Assembly (NCBI GenBank): GCA_903831305.1
Contig: CAIKXE010000002.1
Span: forward strand, 15,934-79,933
Origin: an uncultured bacterium
Lineage (GTDB): Bacteria; Patescibacteriota; Minisyncoccia; Phycocordibacterales; GWA1-40-21
Direction: 5' to 3'
DNA length: 64,000 nucleotides
The position numbers and the translations under genes were made by a program. Below the pieces are notes generated by a model. It worked only from the letters and a program-made list of their open reading frames with translations, was not told the origin of the DNA and did not search any database. Each line of letters begins with the position of its first letter. Within the stretch, counting starts at the first letter, position 1. This document shows, in pieces, positions 19,961 to 29,696 of this stretch.

Positions 19961-20599
19961 ATGGACCCACTCGCTAAACAACCATTTGATCTAGTTTCGC
20001 TTTTAACTTCAATCATCAATAATTTTTTAATTAATATCTTTGGCCAGGACTGGGGGAAGTCTGTAGAAAACCTTTGGTCACTTTTGCCGGATTATGCGGT
20101 AGCGGTTATGCTCCGGGTCATAACTTTTTCTTTTGTGCTTTCGGTTATTTTGATTGTCATCGTTGTTTTGTTAATTAGAAGTATGATGGGTTACAGAAAG
20201 AAGATGAATGATACTTTGACCTTCCCCGGGGATAAGGCGGACCAGGAGGTAAAGCCAACTTCTCTTCGAACGCCACCACCAGTAATAAATGAAAAGTGGC
20301 AGAATGTGCTGGCCCATATCAATTCGGAAAACGCCAGTGATTGGAAGCTGGCCATTTTGGAATGTGACATTATGCTTGGTGACCTCCTGGAAAAGATGGG
20401 GTATATGCAGGAAAGCATAGGGGAGAAGCTAAAGGTGATTGAGCCTAGTGATTTTACTGGTATTGAATATGCTTGGGAGGCGCATAAAATCCGCAACGCC
20501 ATTGCTCATGATGGTTCAGACTTTATGATAAATGACCGGGAGGCTAAAAGAGTCATCGGCCTATATGAAGCCGTTTTTAGAGAGTTTGAATATATCTAG
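19961..20599 (+). CDS. Hypothetical membrane-anchored protein
   Basis: 212 aa; TM plus C-terminal WKLAILECD..AHKIRNAIAH domain. Confidence 0.75.
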   Translation: MDPLAKQPFDLVSLLTSIINNFLINIFGQDWGKSVENLWSLLPDYAVAVMLRVITFSFVLSVILIVIVVLLIRSMMGYRKKMNDTLTFPGDKADQEVKPTSLRTPPPVINEKWQNVLAHINSENASDWKLAILECDIMLGDLLEKMGYMQESIGEKLKVIEPSDFTGIEYAWEAHKIRNAIAHDGSDFMINDREAKRVIGLYEAVFREFEYI

Positions 20600-20613
20600 T
20601 AGTCTTACTTTTG

Positions 20614-20684
20614 TGCCGATGGATGGAATTGAACCATCTTTTGAGGCTTATGAGTCCCCCGTTCTACCATTGAACTACATCGGC
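20614..20684 (-). tRNA. tRNA with CAT anticodon (elongator Met or Ile2)
   Basis: GCCGATG/CATCGGC acceptor, CT CAT AA loop, GGTTCAATTCC. Confidence 0.88.
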
Positions 20685-20818
20685 GTTATTTAATTTTCCC
20701 TAGAATCTACCAACAACTACATCGGCGTTATTTAATTTTCCCTAGAATCTACCAACAACTACATAGGCATATTACTTTACCCTATGTCCAACACCAATAA
20801 CTACATCAACATATTATG
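20673..20818. repeat. 42-bp tandem repeat containing the tRNA 5' end
   Basis: Units start at 20673, 20715 (identical), 20757 (degenerate) and 20799 (partial). Confidence 0.9.
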
Positions 20819-20894
20819 TCTGCTTAATATAGCATTTTGAGGCAAAAAATCAAACCAGTATTGCTATTTGGCCAAAAAATGATACTATGTGATT

Positions 20895-20965
20895 AGCGGG
20901 GTAGAGTAACAGTAATTCGCGAGGCTCATAACCTTGAGATGTACGTGCGAATCGTACCCCCGCAA
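20895..20965 (+). tRNA. Initiator tRNA-fMet(CAT)
   Basis: AGCGGGG/CCCCGCA with unpaired 1:72; CGAGG-CT CAT AA-CCTTG arm. Confidence 0.85.
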
Positions 20966-21074
20966 CAATTAATTATTTTTGTGATCTAGTACTTGTTATT
21001 GGTGTATTTTATTGCTCAAATGTAGATTTTGTGTATAATAATGAGGATCTCATTTTTTTGAGATTCATCGCCAC

Positions 21075-21380
21075 GCGGGCGTAGCTCAACGGTAGAGCAC
21101 TCCCCTGTAGACGTGCAGCTTTCCGCCGAGATGCGGATTGAAACTCTCTGGGATAACGGTGAAGGCTAAGTTCCATTTTGGAATATGCGAACACCGTGGG
21201 AACTCTTGTGAGATTTGGGGCCATCGGTCCCGAGTGAAACGAGGGAGCGCCGTAGAGACTAGATACCGGAGTACCCTAACTCACTGTGTGTGAAGGGTAA
21301 AGATATAGTCCATGCCACTATGAAAATAGTGAATTAGTGCACGGGAGAGGCCGTGGGGTCAGCACCCATCGCCCGCGCCA
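21075..21380 (+). tRNA. tRNA-Asp(GTC), intron-containing (exons 21075-21108 and 21340-21380)
   Basis: Joined exons give GCGGGCG/CGCCCGC-G-CCA and CTCCC-CT GTC AC-GGGAG. Confidence 0.92.
21109..21339 (+). ncRNA. Group I intron, 231 nt, no ORF
   Basis: P1 CUGU/GCAG with U-G pair at splice site, R CGTAGAGACTA (21251), S AAGATATAGTCC (21300), terminal G. Confidence 0.92.
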
Positions 21381-21410
21381 GTAAAAGCCCTGAATAAGGG
21401 CTTTTCTGTT

Positions 21411-21587
21411 GCGCGGGCGAAGCAAGCAAATGATTTTGCTTGCGTTGGGTTGCTGACCGGCGGAGCCAGATTTTTTCAGTAGAAAAAATAGGTGAGCCGG
21501 TGTCCAACCCGAGCCGAGCGACGGCGAGGGGAGAGGTGCGGACAAGCACCCACATTGTTTTGTGCGAGGGAGAGTCCATCGCCCGCG
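21411..21587 (+). repeat. tRNA-3'-derived element after tRNA-Asp
   Basis: Inverted tRNA 3' copy, core shared with 31616-31731, direct copy ccatcgcccgcg at 21576-21587. Confidence 0.8.
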
Positions 21588-21590
21588 GTT

Positions 21591-21617
21591 AAACCACCCC
21601 AGAAGGGGTGGTTTTTG
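21591..21617 (+). terminator. Intrinsic terminator
   Basis: aaaccacccc-agaa-ggggtggttt followed by T-run. Confidence 0.85.
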
Positions 21618-21679
21618 TTTTTTAATTATTTTGTTTGTGTTATAATATGAAGGGTTATTAGTAATTTATTTATAAAAAT

Positions 21680-22093
21680 ATGGGTACTCAAAAAATTGTC
21701 TGGGATGAAAAATATAGTGTGGGGGTAGAGGAGATTGATAACCAGCACAAGCGGATGTTTGAAGTGATAAATGAATTATTAGAGGCTATAAATACTAATA
21801 CCACTGAGGATCATCTCGGTAATATCATTGACGGGCTTATAAAATATAAGGTATTTCACTTTGCGACTGAAGAAAAATATTTTAAGCAGTTTAATTATGA
21901 AGGAGCAGAAGAACATATACTAAAGCATAAAGAGTTTAATGATAATTTGATGGTTCTAAAGGATAAGTACCCCATCTATAGTGTTGAATTTGCTTTTGAA
22001 TTAGTTGATTTTCTTGAGGATTGGCTTATTGATCACCTCATGATTGTAGATCAAAAATATAAAAAGTGTTTTGCTGAACATGGCTTAAAATAG
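21680..22093 (+). CDS. Bacteriohemerythrin
   Basis: W...YSVG..IDNQHK, HFATEE, H...H, WLIDHL..D. Confidence 0.93.
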   Translation: MGTQKIVWDEKYSVGVEEIDNQHKRMFEVINELLEAINTNTTEDHLGNIIDGLIKYKVFHFATEEKYFKQFNYEGAEEHILKHKEFNDNLMVLKDKYPIYSVEFAFELVDFLEDWLIDHLMIVDQKYKKCFAEHGLK

Positions 22094-22107
22094 AAATATT
22101 ATTTATT

Positions 22108-22600
22108 ATGTATTCTCTTTTGAAAAAATCATTAAAAAAAACATTCTCTATCCTTTTTGGTTTCCAGTTGTTATTAATCTTAATATTAGGGATTTTAATT
22201 TTTGTTTTATATAAAAATCAGGGTAATTTGGCAAAAAGCCGGGATAATCAGTATGCTTCATATCAGTTGGCTGACCAGCTACGCCAAAGCTCGGATGATC
22301 TTACGCGTATGGTTAGAACTTATGTAGCCACCGGTAATCCTGAGTTTGAGAGGGAATATTGGGCCGTTTTGGATATCAGGAATGGTAAAATTCCTCGTCC
22401 GGATGATTACGATAATATTTATTGGGATTTTGTTTCCGCCACTGGTCAAAAACCACGCGCTGATGGAACCGCCGTTTCTCTGTATGATTTGATGGTTAAA
22501 GAGGGTTTCACTGAAGAAGAATTAAATAAACTATCTTTGGCTAAGAAAAATTCTGATGGCTTAGTAAGGGCAGAGACTGTGGCTATGAACGCCATGAAGC
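22108..22600 (+). pseudogene. Truncated membrane sensor (kinase/chemoreceptor-type extracellular domain)
   Basis: TM plus LADQLRQSSDDLTRMVRTY..YWD domain; runs out of frame into pilB sequence near 22600; no signalling domain. Confidence 0.6.
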
Positions 22601-23699
22601 GGTTATTCGTTTCCGTATTGACGGTATGCTGCGCCTCGCCGGTTCGGTGACGATGGAGTATTATGAAAATGTTTTAAATCGCATAAAGATTCAGTCAAAC
22701 TTGCGCACCGATGAGCACTTCTCACCTCAGGATGGAGCTATCCGTTTTATAAATAAGGATTCATCAGTAGATTTGCGTGTTTCTATCGCCCCGACCCTTG
22801 ATGGTGAGAAAGTCGTAATCAGGATTTTAGCAGAATATGTTAAGGGTTTAACCTTTGTGGATTTAGGTTTTTCTGATTATCATATCAAGCTGATTGAAGA
22901 GGCCTCTAAGAAGCCCTTTGGTATGATTTTGGTTTCCGGGCCAACCGGTTCTGGTAAAACCACATCTCTCTATGCTTTGATAAAAAAGTTGAATACTCCA
23001 GAAGTAAATGTCACCACTATTGAGGACCCAGTAGAGTACCGGATGTTTGGAGCTAATCAGATTCAAGTCAATCAAAAAACTAATTTAACTTTTGCCAAAG
23101 GTCTCCGGGCAATTGTTCGTCAAGACCCCAATGTCATTTTGGTCGGAGAAATACGTGATGGAGAAACTGCCGAAACGGCTGTAAACGCGGCTTTAACCGG
23201 ACACTTATTACTTTCTACTTTTCATGCTAATGACGCTGCTACTAGTATTCCTAGATTGCTAGAAATGAATATTGAGCCTTTCCTTTTAGCTTCCACTTTG
23301 GAGCTCATTATCGCTCAGCGTTTGGTCCGCCGGGTTTGTGAGTCCTGCCGTTATGGCTATAAAGAAAAGATATCAGCCATGAAGGAAACATTTCCACAAG
23401 CAAAGGACTATTTTGCGGGGACTGAAATTACTCTGTATAAGGGCAAGGGCTGTTCTACTTGTAATGGGACTGGTTATAAGGGTAGAACCGCCATTGTGGA
23501 GATGATCAATGTCACAAGGGCAATTAAGGAGTTGATTAATAACAAGCCTTCTTCCGAGGAGGTGTGGAAGTTAGCTAAAGCCGAGGGGGCTAAGTCACTC
23601 TTTGCTGACGGAATAGAAAAGGTGAAGATGGGCGTGACTACCCTAGAAGAGGTGATCCGAGTGGCCTCACCAGGTGAGATAGTTGATTTTAAAATTTAA
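22599..23699 (+). pseudogene. N-terminally truncated PilB/GspE ATPase
   Basis: Homology starts at VIRFRIDG; lacks SDxHIE and the ~200 N-terminal residues of the two full paralogues; Walker motifs and CxxC pairs intact. Confidence 0.8.
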
Positions 23700-23702
23700 A
23701 AT

Positions 23703-24812
23703 ATGAAATTTGATTTTAAAAAAAGTCCAAAATCTTTTTGGCGCGGATCCTTCATTAAATTACGTTCTTTTGGTCTGCATAATGAGTCAAACTTTTTTAT
23801 TCAAAACTTAGCGGTACTGATTGGAGCGGGGATCGGTATTCCAGACGCTTTGGAATCAGTGCAGCAGGAAATAAAATCCTTTCGCATGCGCTCGGCCAAT
23901 AAAGAAATTATGGAAAGTGTAAATGAGGGCTTATCACTTTCCCGGGCGATAGAAAGAGCCGGTATCGTCGCTCCACACACCTTGGCCCTTATCTCTTTGG
24001 GGGAAGTATCTGGTCGTTTGTCAGCTAATCTCCAGGTGGCCGCCTTGCAAAATGAAAAAGAAGCCGCCTTTCGTTCTCGTATTCGTTCAGCTTTAGCTTA
24101 TTCTTCCTTTGTCTTTGTGACCGCTCTCGTGGTGGGAATAGGTGTGGCCTGGTTTGTATTACCAAAGATTGCTTCATTCTTTAGCGACCTGAATGCGCCA
24201 CTTCCGTTTATAACTAAATGGATTATCGCGGTGGGAGTTTTTCTCCAGGATTATGGTTACGTCTTTGTCCCATTATTTTTAATTATCATTGGTATCCTGT
24301 TTTACTTCCTCTTCTCTTTTCCCAAAACTAAATTTGTGGGCCACACTATTCTTTTTCATATCCCGATTATAAGAAAACTTATTTTAGAAACAGAAGTCTC
24401 TCGTTTTGGTTTTTTTTCTGGGACTATGGTGTCCGCCGGTATCCCGATCCAGAATGTCTTTGATCTCTTGCCGTCAACTACCACTTTTGGAAATTATAAG
24501 GATCTCTATATCTATCTAGCTAAGAGCGTGGGGGAGGGGTCATCTTTTCAGAGAATGTTTTTAGAATATAAGAATTTAAATTCTCTTTTTCCTTTGCCGG
24601 TTCGGCAGATGATTGTGGCCTCGGAAAAGTCTGGAACCTTGTCAGAAATCCTGCTGAAAATCGGAGCTCTATATGAGGCCAAGGTAGAGACCACTTCTCG
24701 TAACATTCCAGCCTTCCTCGAGCCAGCCCTGCTTCTGTTTATTGGAGTCGTCGTGGCTATTTTAGCTTTGGGTATTCTTGTTCCGGTCTATAATTTAGGT
24801 CTTTATTTTTAA
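23703..24812 (+). CDS. PilC/GspF family platform protein
   Basis: GEVSGRL, ASEKSGTL, FLEPALL. Confidence 0.92.
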   Translation: MKFDFKKSPKSFWRGSFIKLRSFGLHNESNFFIQNLAVLIGAGIGIPDALESVQQEIKSFRMRSANKEIMESVNEGLSLSRAIERAGIVAPHTLALISLGEVSGRLSANLQVAALQNEKEAAFRSRIRSALAYSSFVFVTALVVGIGVAWFVLPKIASFFSDLNAPLPFITKWIIAVGVFLQDYGYVFVPLFLIIIGILFYFLFSFPKTKFVGHTILFHIPIIRKLILETEVSRFGFFSGTMVSAGIPIQNVFDLLPSTTTFGNYKDLYIYLAKSVGEGSSFQRMFLEYKNLNSLFPLPVRQMIVASEKSGTLSEILLKIGALYEAKVETTSRNIPAFLEPALLLFIGVVVAILALGILVPVYNLGLYF

Positions 24813-24818
24813 TTTAAT

Positions 24819-25247
24819 ATGAAGAAAGGCTTTTCTCTAATTGAAATGATTGTAGTCATCGGTATTATAAGTATTGTTGGTTCTATTTCTCTGGTGACTT
24901 ATAATACTTTGCGTTATGTGGGTGATGCTCGGCATGCCGCTTATGTTTTTGTGGATGCTCTAAAGGAAGCTCAGAATAAGGCTAAAATAATGGAGTATGA
25001 TACCGCCTGGGGGGTAAAAGTTAATACTGCTGATGCTGTGGTTTTTAGTGGAGCCTCATATTCCGGCCGTGAGACGTCACGAGACAAAGTCTACATAATA
25101 CCAAAAGATTTAATAATTTCTGGACCCACGGAAATAGTTTTTGCCAAGTTTACTGGTCTGCCAAATACTTCTGGTACCACTACTTTTTCTAATGCTTTTA
25201 GCACGAGCACGGCTTATGTTTGGTCCAGTGGAGTAATCGGTTATTAA
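24819..25247 (+). CDS. Minor pilin (FimT-like)
   Basis: KKG|FSLIE. Confidence 0.88.
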   Translation: MKKGFSLIEMIVVIGIISIVGSISLVTYNTLRYVGDARHAAYVFVDALKEAQNKAKIMEYDTAWGVKVNTADAVVFSGASYSGRETSRDKVYIIPKDLIISGPTEIVFAKFTGLPNTSGTTTFSNAFSTSTAYVWSSGVIGY

Positions 25248-25250
25248 TTT

Positions 25251-27728
25251 ATGTTTAATTTTTTTTCAAAAAAAGGTATGACAGTGGTGGAGACGGTAGT
25301 GGCCGTTGGTATCTTTGCTATTTTGTCTACTGTTGCTTATGAAATCTATATTGGGGTGGATAATCTGGTCAAGCGGGCGGATCAAAAGTCTACCGCCTTA
25401 TGGTTAGCTGAGGAAGGAATAGAAGCCGTAAGGTCAATTCGGGACGAAAATTTTACTAGCCTAGCTGATGGTACTTATGGTCTATCAGCCTCGGGTAATA
25501 AATGGGTTTTGGCTGGTAGTTCTGATGTGGTGGATAATTATACGCGTGTTTTAAATATTTCCACTATCTCGGCAAACGAAAAAGATGTCTTGGCTACTAT
25601 CAGTTGGAATTATAAAACCCAAAATAATTCTTTAAGCTTGAATAGTCGGCTGACAAATTGGCATAAGGTGGATTATAATGCTGGCTTGACGGTGGAAAAA
25701 GTGATTATTAATCACGGTGGTAATGCTACCTCGACTACCTTTGCTCCTTACACAGTGAGTATTACGGTCGGTACTAGCACCACTGATACGGTGGTAGAAG
25801 CGGGAGCCACTAATCAGTTTATGCCTGGTACTTATACGGTGACGGAAACAGCAGATCCAAATTATACTCAGTCCTTTGATCTGGATTGTAACGCCCTAGG
25901 TGAGGTGACTGTAGCCACCAGTAGTACCAAGGTCTGCCGTATTATCAATGAAGAAAAGCCGGCTAAATTACGGGTAAACAAAACCGTTATTAATCATGGT
26001 AATAGCAAGGTTGTTTCAGACTTTTCCTTACGAGTGGATTCTAACCCCGTTACTTCTGGGGCTTTAAATACTTTTGACTCTGGAGTGCATACTGTTTCTG
26101 AAGTGGTGGATGCTGAGTATGATACGACGATCGGCGGTGATTGTAATAGTGGTGGTTTAGTCACTCTGGTGCCTAATGTGACTAGGACCTGTTCGGTCAC
26201 TAATGAAGAAAAGTTATCTTATGTGACGGTTTATAAAAATATAATTAATCATGGGGGGACCGCGGTTACGGCAGATTTTGCTCCTTATAAAGTGGGGGCC
26301 ACGACTGTGACCTTAGGAGCTACGACCACCAAAAATTCCGGCACCTATACCGTGACAGAGACGGTGGATCCGGCTTATACTCAAACTTTTAGTGGGGATT
26401 GTAATGGTTCTGGTTCTATCACCCTCATTGGTGGTATGACTAAGACTTGTACCATTACTAACGAAGAAAACTTTGTCGTTCCGACGGTGACGATTCCTAC
26501 TGTTACCTCCATCACTCAGACTACGGCTACTTTGGGAGCGACAGTGGCTTCCTTGGGCGTGCCACACAGTATTTCCGCTCGGGGTACTTGCTGGGGGACA
26601 ACATCAAATCCAGTTACTAACTGTGTGGCAGAAGGCGGAACGACTACCGGTGTCTTTACTCAGGCTCGCACCGGATTCACCGCGGGTACGACTTACTACT
26701 ATCGCGGTTACGCTACAAATAGCACCGGGACTGGTTATTCTGCCGATGGGACCTTTACTACTTTGACGGCCAATGTGGTGCCAACAGTCACTACGCCGAC
26801 GGCAACTGCTATTACTTCAAATTCTGCTACTTTGGGGGCGGATGTTACTTCTCTTGGTATTCCCGCTACTATTACGGCTAGGGGTACTTGCTATGGTACA
26901 ACACCAAATCCAGTTACTAACTGTGTGGCAGAAGGTGGAACTACTACCGGAGTTTTTACTCAGGCTCGCACCGGATTCACGGCGGGTACGACTTACTACT
27001 ATCGCGGTTACGCCACCAATAGCACCGGGACGGGTTATTCAGCCGATGGGATGTTTGCCACTGTTGCTATCTGCTCAGTGGCAGCCGCAACGGTGGGTAC
27101 TCCTACGACTTATGATAATGCCGGATCTGTTTCGGCGGTGGTGGCTAAGCCAACTGGTGTGACTCAGGGTGATATTATGTTTGCTCAAGTTTTTCATTTT
27201 AATAGTACGGATCGATTTACTACCACACCAGCGGGTTGGACGGAAATTGGTCGTCATAAAAATGGTAACTATAATCAAGCTCTGCTCTATAGGGTCGCCA
27301 CCGCTGGTGAGGGAGGAGTTTCAAACTATACCTTCAGTCTTGTTTCAAGTTCTAAATTAGCGGTTACTATTTCTGCCTATCGCGGTTGTTTTGACATTGC
27401 AAATCCGATTGATAGTTTCTCTAATGTGGAGTATGTGGTAAATAATACTACCTATCGGGCTGGTAGTATTAATTTGTCAGCCGCTAGCACCACCGTTTTA
27501 ATGTTTCCAAGTGTTTATAATGGTTCGGTTAGAACTTTTTCTCCTCCTTTGACACAAGGTGGGGGCTGGACCGAGGATCATGATCATGGAACAAATACGG
27601 CTGACTTCTCTCGAGCCGGCTATCGTAAATTTATTTCCAGCGCAGGAGCTACCGGTGTGATAGACAGTATAGGAAACTCTAATAATAATGCTAAGCATGC
27701 TTTTGCTGTCGGTTTGCATCGTTTATAG
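25251..27728 (+). CDS. 825-aa PilV-like pilin with Ig/prealbumin-like repeats, two FN3-like repeats and C-terminal domain
   Basis: KG|MTVVE; three K.(V/I)INHG..C.I.NEE repeats; two YYYRGYATNSTGTGYS repeats. Confidence 0.85.
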   Translation: MFNFFSKKGMTVVETVVAVGIFAILSTVAYEIYIGVDNLVKRADQKSTALWLAEEGIEAVRSIRDENFTSLADGTYGLSASGNKWVLAGSSDVVDNYTRVLNISTISANEKDVLATISWNYKTQNNSLSLNSRLTNWHKVDYNAGLTVEKVIINHGGNATSTTFAPYTVSITVGTSTTDTVVEAGATNQFMPGTYTVTETADPNYTQSFDLDCNALGEVTVATSSTKVCRIINEEKPAKLRVNKTVINHGNSKVVSDFSLRVDSNPVTSGALNTFDSGVHTVSEVVDAEYDTTIGGDCNSGGLVTLVPNVTRTCSVTNEEKLSYVTVYKNIINHGGTAVTADFAPYKVGATTVTLGATTTKNSGTYTVTETVDPAYTQTFSGDCNGSGSITLIGGMTKTCTITNEENFVVPTVTIPTVTSITQTTATLGATVASLGVPHSISARGTCWGTTSNPVTNCVAEGGTTTGVFTQARTGFTAGTTYYYRGYATNSTGTGYSADGTFTTLTANVVPTVTTPTATAITSNSATLGADVTSLGIPATITARGTCYGTTPNPVTNCVAEGGTTTGVFTQARTGFTAGTTYYYRGYATNSTGTGYSADGMFATVAICSVAAATVGTPTTYDNAGSVSAVVAKPTGVTQGDIMFAQVFHFNSTDRFTTTPAGWTEIGRHKNGNYNQALLYRVATAGEGGVSNYTFSLVSSSKLAVTISAYRGCFDIANPIDSFSNVEYVVNNTTYRAGSINLSAASTTVLMFPSVYNGSVRTFSPPLTQGGGWTEDHDHGTNTADFSRAGYRKFISSAGATGVIDSIGNSNNNAKHAFAVGLHRL
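26475..27062 (+). repeat. Intragenic 300-bp tandem duplication (FN3-like)
   Basis: Near-identical DNA at 300-nt offset, e.g. 26607 vs 26907. Confidence 0.9.
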
Positions 27729-27741
27729 TATTATATTTTAT

Positions 27742-28263
27742 ATGGTTATAAAAAAATTACATAAAAAAAGCGGGGGGATGACCTTGGTGGAAACGCTAGT
27801 GGCTATTGCTATTATGTCCCTGCTGATGCTTACGGTGGCTTCTTTGTTAGCTAGTACTTCTAAAAGTGAAAAGAGGAACAGAGTGATTACCGAAGTAGAA
27901 TATCAGGCTTCCGCTCTTATTTATGAGATTGCTCAGTCTGCTCGTAATGCAAGCTCTATTGTGAGTCCGCTTGTGGCCGCTACTTCTACTACCTTAAATT
28001 TAGTTTTGTCTTCAGTGCCGGCCGAGAGCCCAACTATTTTTTCTTTGACCGATCAAGCCCTATATGTGTCTCGTGGGGGAGCGGCGGCTGAGCCGATATC
28101 AAGTGACACCATACTCGTGACGGGTCTGACCTTTGAAAATATTTCTGCCTTAAATACCCATGGGGCTATCAGAGTCACCCTCAATGTCCAGGGAGCAAAT
28201 CCAAATAATAAGCCCGAGCTTGTTTATGCCACTAGCCGGACTACCACAATCACATTAAGATGA
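27742..28263 (+). CDS. Minor pilin (PilW-like)
   Basis: GG|MTLVE; C-terminal TTITLR. Confidence 0.85.
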   Translation: MVIKKLHKKSGGMTLVETLVAIAIMSLLMLTVASLLASTSKSEKRNRVITEVEYQASALIYEIAQSARNASSIVSPLVAATSTTLNLVLSSVPAESPTIFSLTDQALYVSRGGAAAEPISSDTILVTGLTFENISALNTHGAIRVTLNVQGANPNNKPELVYATSRTTTITLR

Positions 28264-28658
28264 AAATTATTAATTACAAAAATAATAAAGAAGGATTTGC
28301 CTTGCTTTACGTTATGCTGGTCTTGGCTAGCATTATTGTGGGTCTAGCTTTATCCGCTAATCAGTCGGCTTTTTTCTCGGCTAATCGGTTGAAATCATAT
28401 TCTAATTCGGCGGAGGTAAGGATGATAGCTGGTTATTGTGGGGAAAATCTTTTGATGCAGATTAGGGATAATCCAGCGCTTGTTACCACTGGTACTCTTA
28501 GTTATGCTGGTGGGTCTTGCACTTACAGTATTTCCGGTACCGTACCAGTCAAAGTGATAACCATTATTGCTTCAAAAAATAACATTTATAAAAAGCTCAC
28601 TATCACCACTTCGCAAATTTACAGCACTATTGAGGCTACCTGGGTAGAGACAAATTAG
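28260..28658 (+). CDS. Minor pilin (PilX-like)
   Basis: EG|FALLY lacking Glu5; CGE motif; homologous to 48980. Confidence 0.78.
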   Translation: MKIINYKNNKEGFALLYVMLVLASIIVGLALSANQSAFFSANRLKSYSNSAEVRMIAGYCGENLLMQIRDNPALVTTGTLSYAGGSCTYSISGTVPVKVITIIASKNNIYKKLTITTSQIYSTIEATWVETN

Positions 28659-28705
28659 TGGTCATAATTGAAAGAAAGCGGTAAATAAGCTATTATCAGC
28701 GTGTA

Positions 28706-28779
28706 GCCAAATTAGTTCAGTGGTAGAACACTACTTTCGTAAAGTAGAGACGTGAGTCCGATTCTCACCTTTGGCTCCA
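28706..28779 (+). tRNA. tRNA-Thr(CGT)
   Basis: CTACT-TT CGT AA-AGTAG; GCCAAA/TTTGGC-T-CCA. Confidence 0.92.
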
Positions 28780-28780
28780 A

Positions 28781-29686
28781 ATGTCAGAAAAAGATATACA
28801 GAAGAAAAAGCTGGAAGAATTAGAAGCCTTGATGAATCAGGTGGATTTTTGGGCTGATAAGGCCCGCGCGCAAGCGGTGATTAAGGAGATTGCGGATTTA
28901 AAAACAGAGATTGCCGGCGTGGGTAAATATGATAGTGGTGATGCTGTGCTTACTATCATTGCTGGAGCTGGTGGCGTGGATGCTGAGGATTTTGCCCGAA
29001 TGCTTTTGGAAATGTATTTGAAGTTTTTTACTAAAAAAGGTTTTGGTTATCAGACAGTTCATCAGAATGAAAATAATCACGGCGGTTTTAGAAATGTCAC
29101 TATTGAAGTGACCGGCCATTCGGCTCTGAGAGCCTCAGGCTCGATGAGCAAGGGAGCTTACGGATTGCTAAAAAATGAGAACGGCGTACATCGGTTAGTG
29201 CGGACTTCACCTTTTAACGCTAAAGGTTTGCGCCACACTTCTTTTGCACTAGTAGAATTTATTCCTAAATTTGAAAAAGCGAGTGCTAGTGATTTAGTCA
29301 TCCCCGAGGAAGATATTCGCTACGAGTTTTCTCGCTCTAGTGGTCCGGGTGGGCAAAATGTAAATAAGCGGGAAACCGCTGTTCGGGTTGTCCATATTCC
29401 GACCAATATGGCCGTGCATGCTGAGGGTGAGCGTTCTCAGGCCCAGAACAAAGAAAAAGCCTTACAGATATTGCGCGCTAAACTGTATGTGAAGCAGGAG
29501 GAAGAGAGAAAGAAAAAAGAGCAGGGTCTGTATGTAAGTAAAACCATGGAAATAGAGTGGGGTAATCAGATCCGCTCTTATGTCCTGCACCCTTATAAAA
29601 TGGTCAAGGATCACCGGAGTGGAGTAGAAACCGCCCAGGTGGATGAAGTGCTTGATGGTGATATTGAGCGTTTTTTGGTACAATAA
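28781..29686 (+). CDS. prfB: Peptide chain release factor 2 (short N-terminus)
   Basis: GVHRLVRTSPF, GPGGQNVNK and WGNQIRSYV. Confidence 0.93.
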   Translation: MSEKDIQKKKLEELEALMNQVDFWADKARAQAVIKEIADLKTEIAGVGKYDSGDAVLTIIAGAGGVDAEDFARMLLEMYLKFFTKKGFGYQTVHQNENNHGGFRNVTIEVTGHSALRASGSMSKGAYGLLKNENGVHRLVRTSPFNAKGLRHTSFALVEFIPKFEKASASDLVIPEEDIRYEFSRSSGPGGQNVNKRETAVRVVHIPTNMAVHAEGERSQAQNKEKALQILRAKLYVKQEEERKKKEQGLYVSKTMEIEWGNQIRSYVLHPYKMVKDHRSGVETAQVDEVLDGDIERFLVQ

Positions 29687-29696
29687 CTACATTATA

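Noticed and set aside
20673-20818. CRISPR array
   Set aside because: Whole 42-bp units repeat with no unique spacers, and there are no cas genes.
21009-21579. ORFs of 71-81 aa on the minus strand
   Set aside because: They lie antisense to the tRNA-Asp, its intron and the downstream element; no homing endonuclease motifs.
21381-21587. Prophage or genomic island integrated at the tRNA
   Set aside because: The duplicated tRNA end is only ~200 bp away and no integrase is present; treated as a small element.
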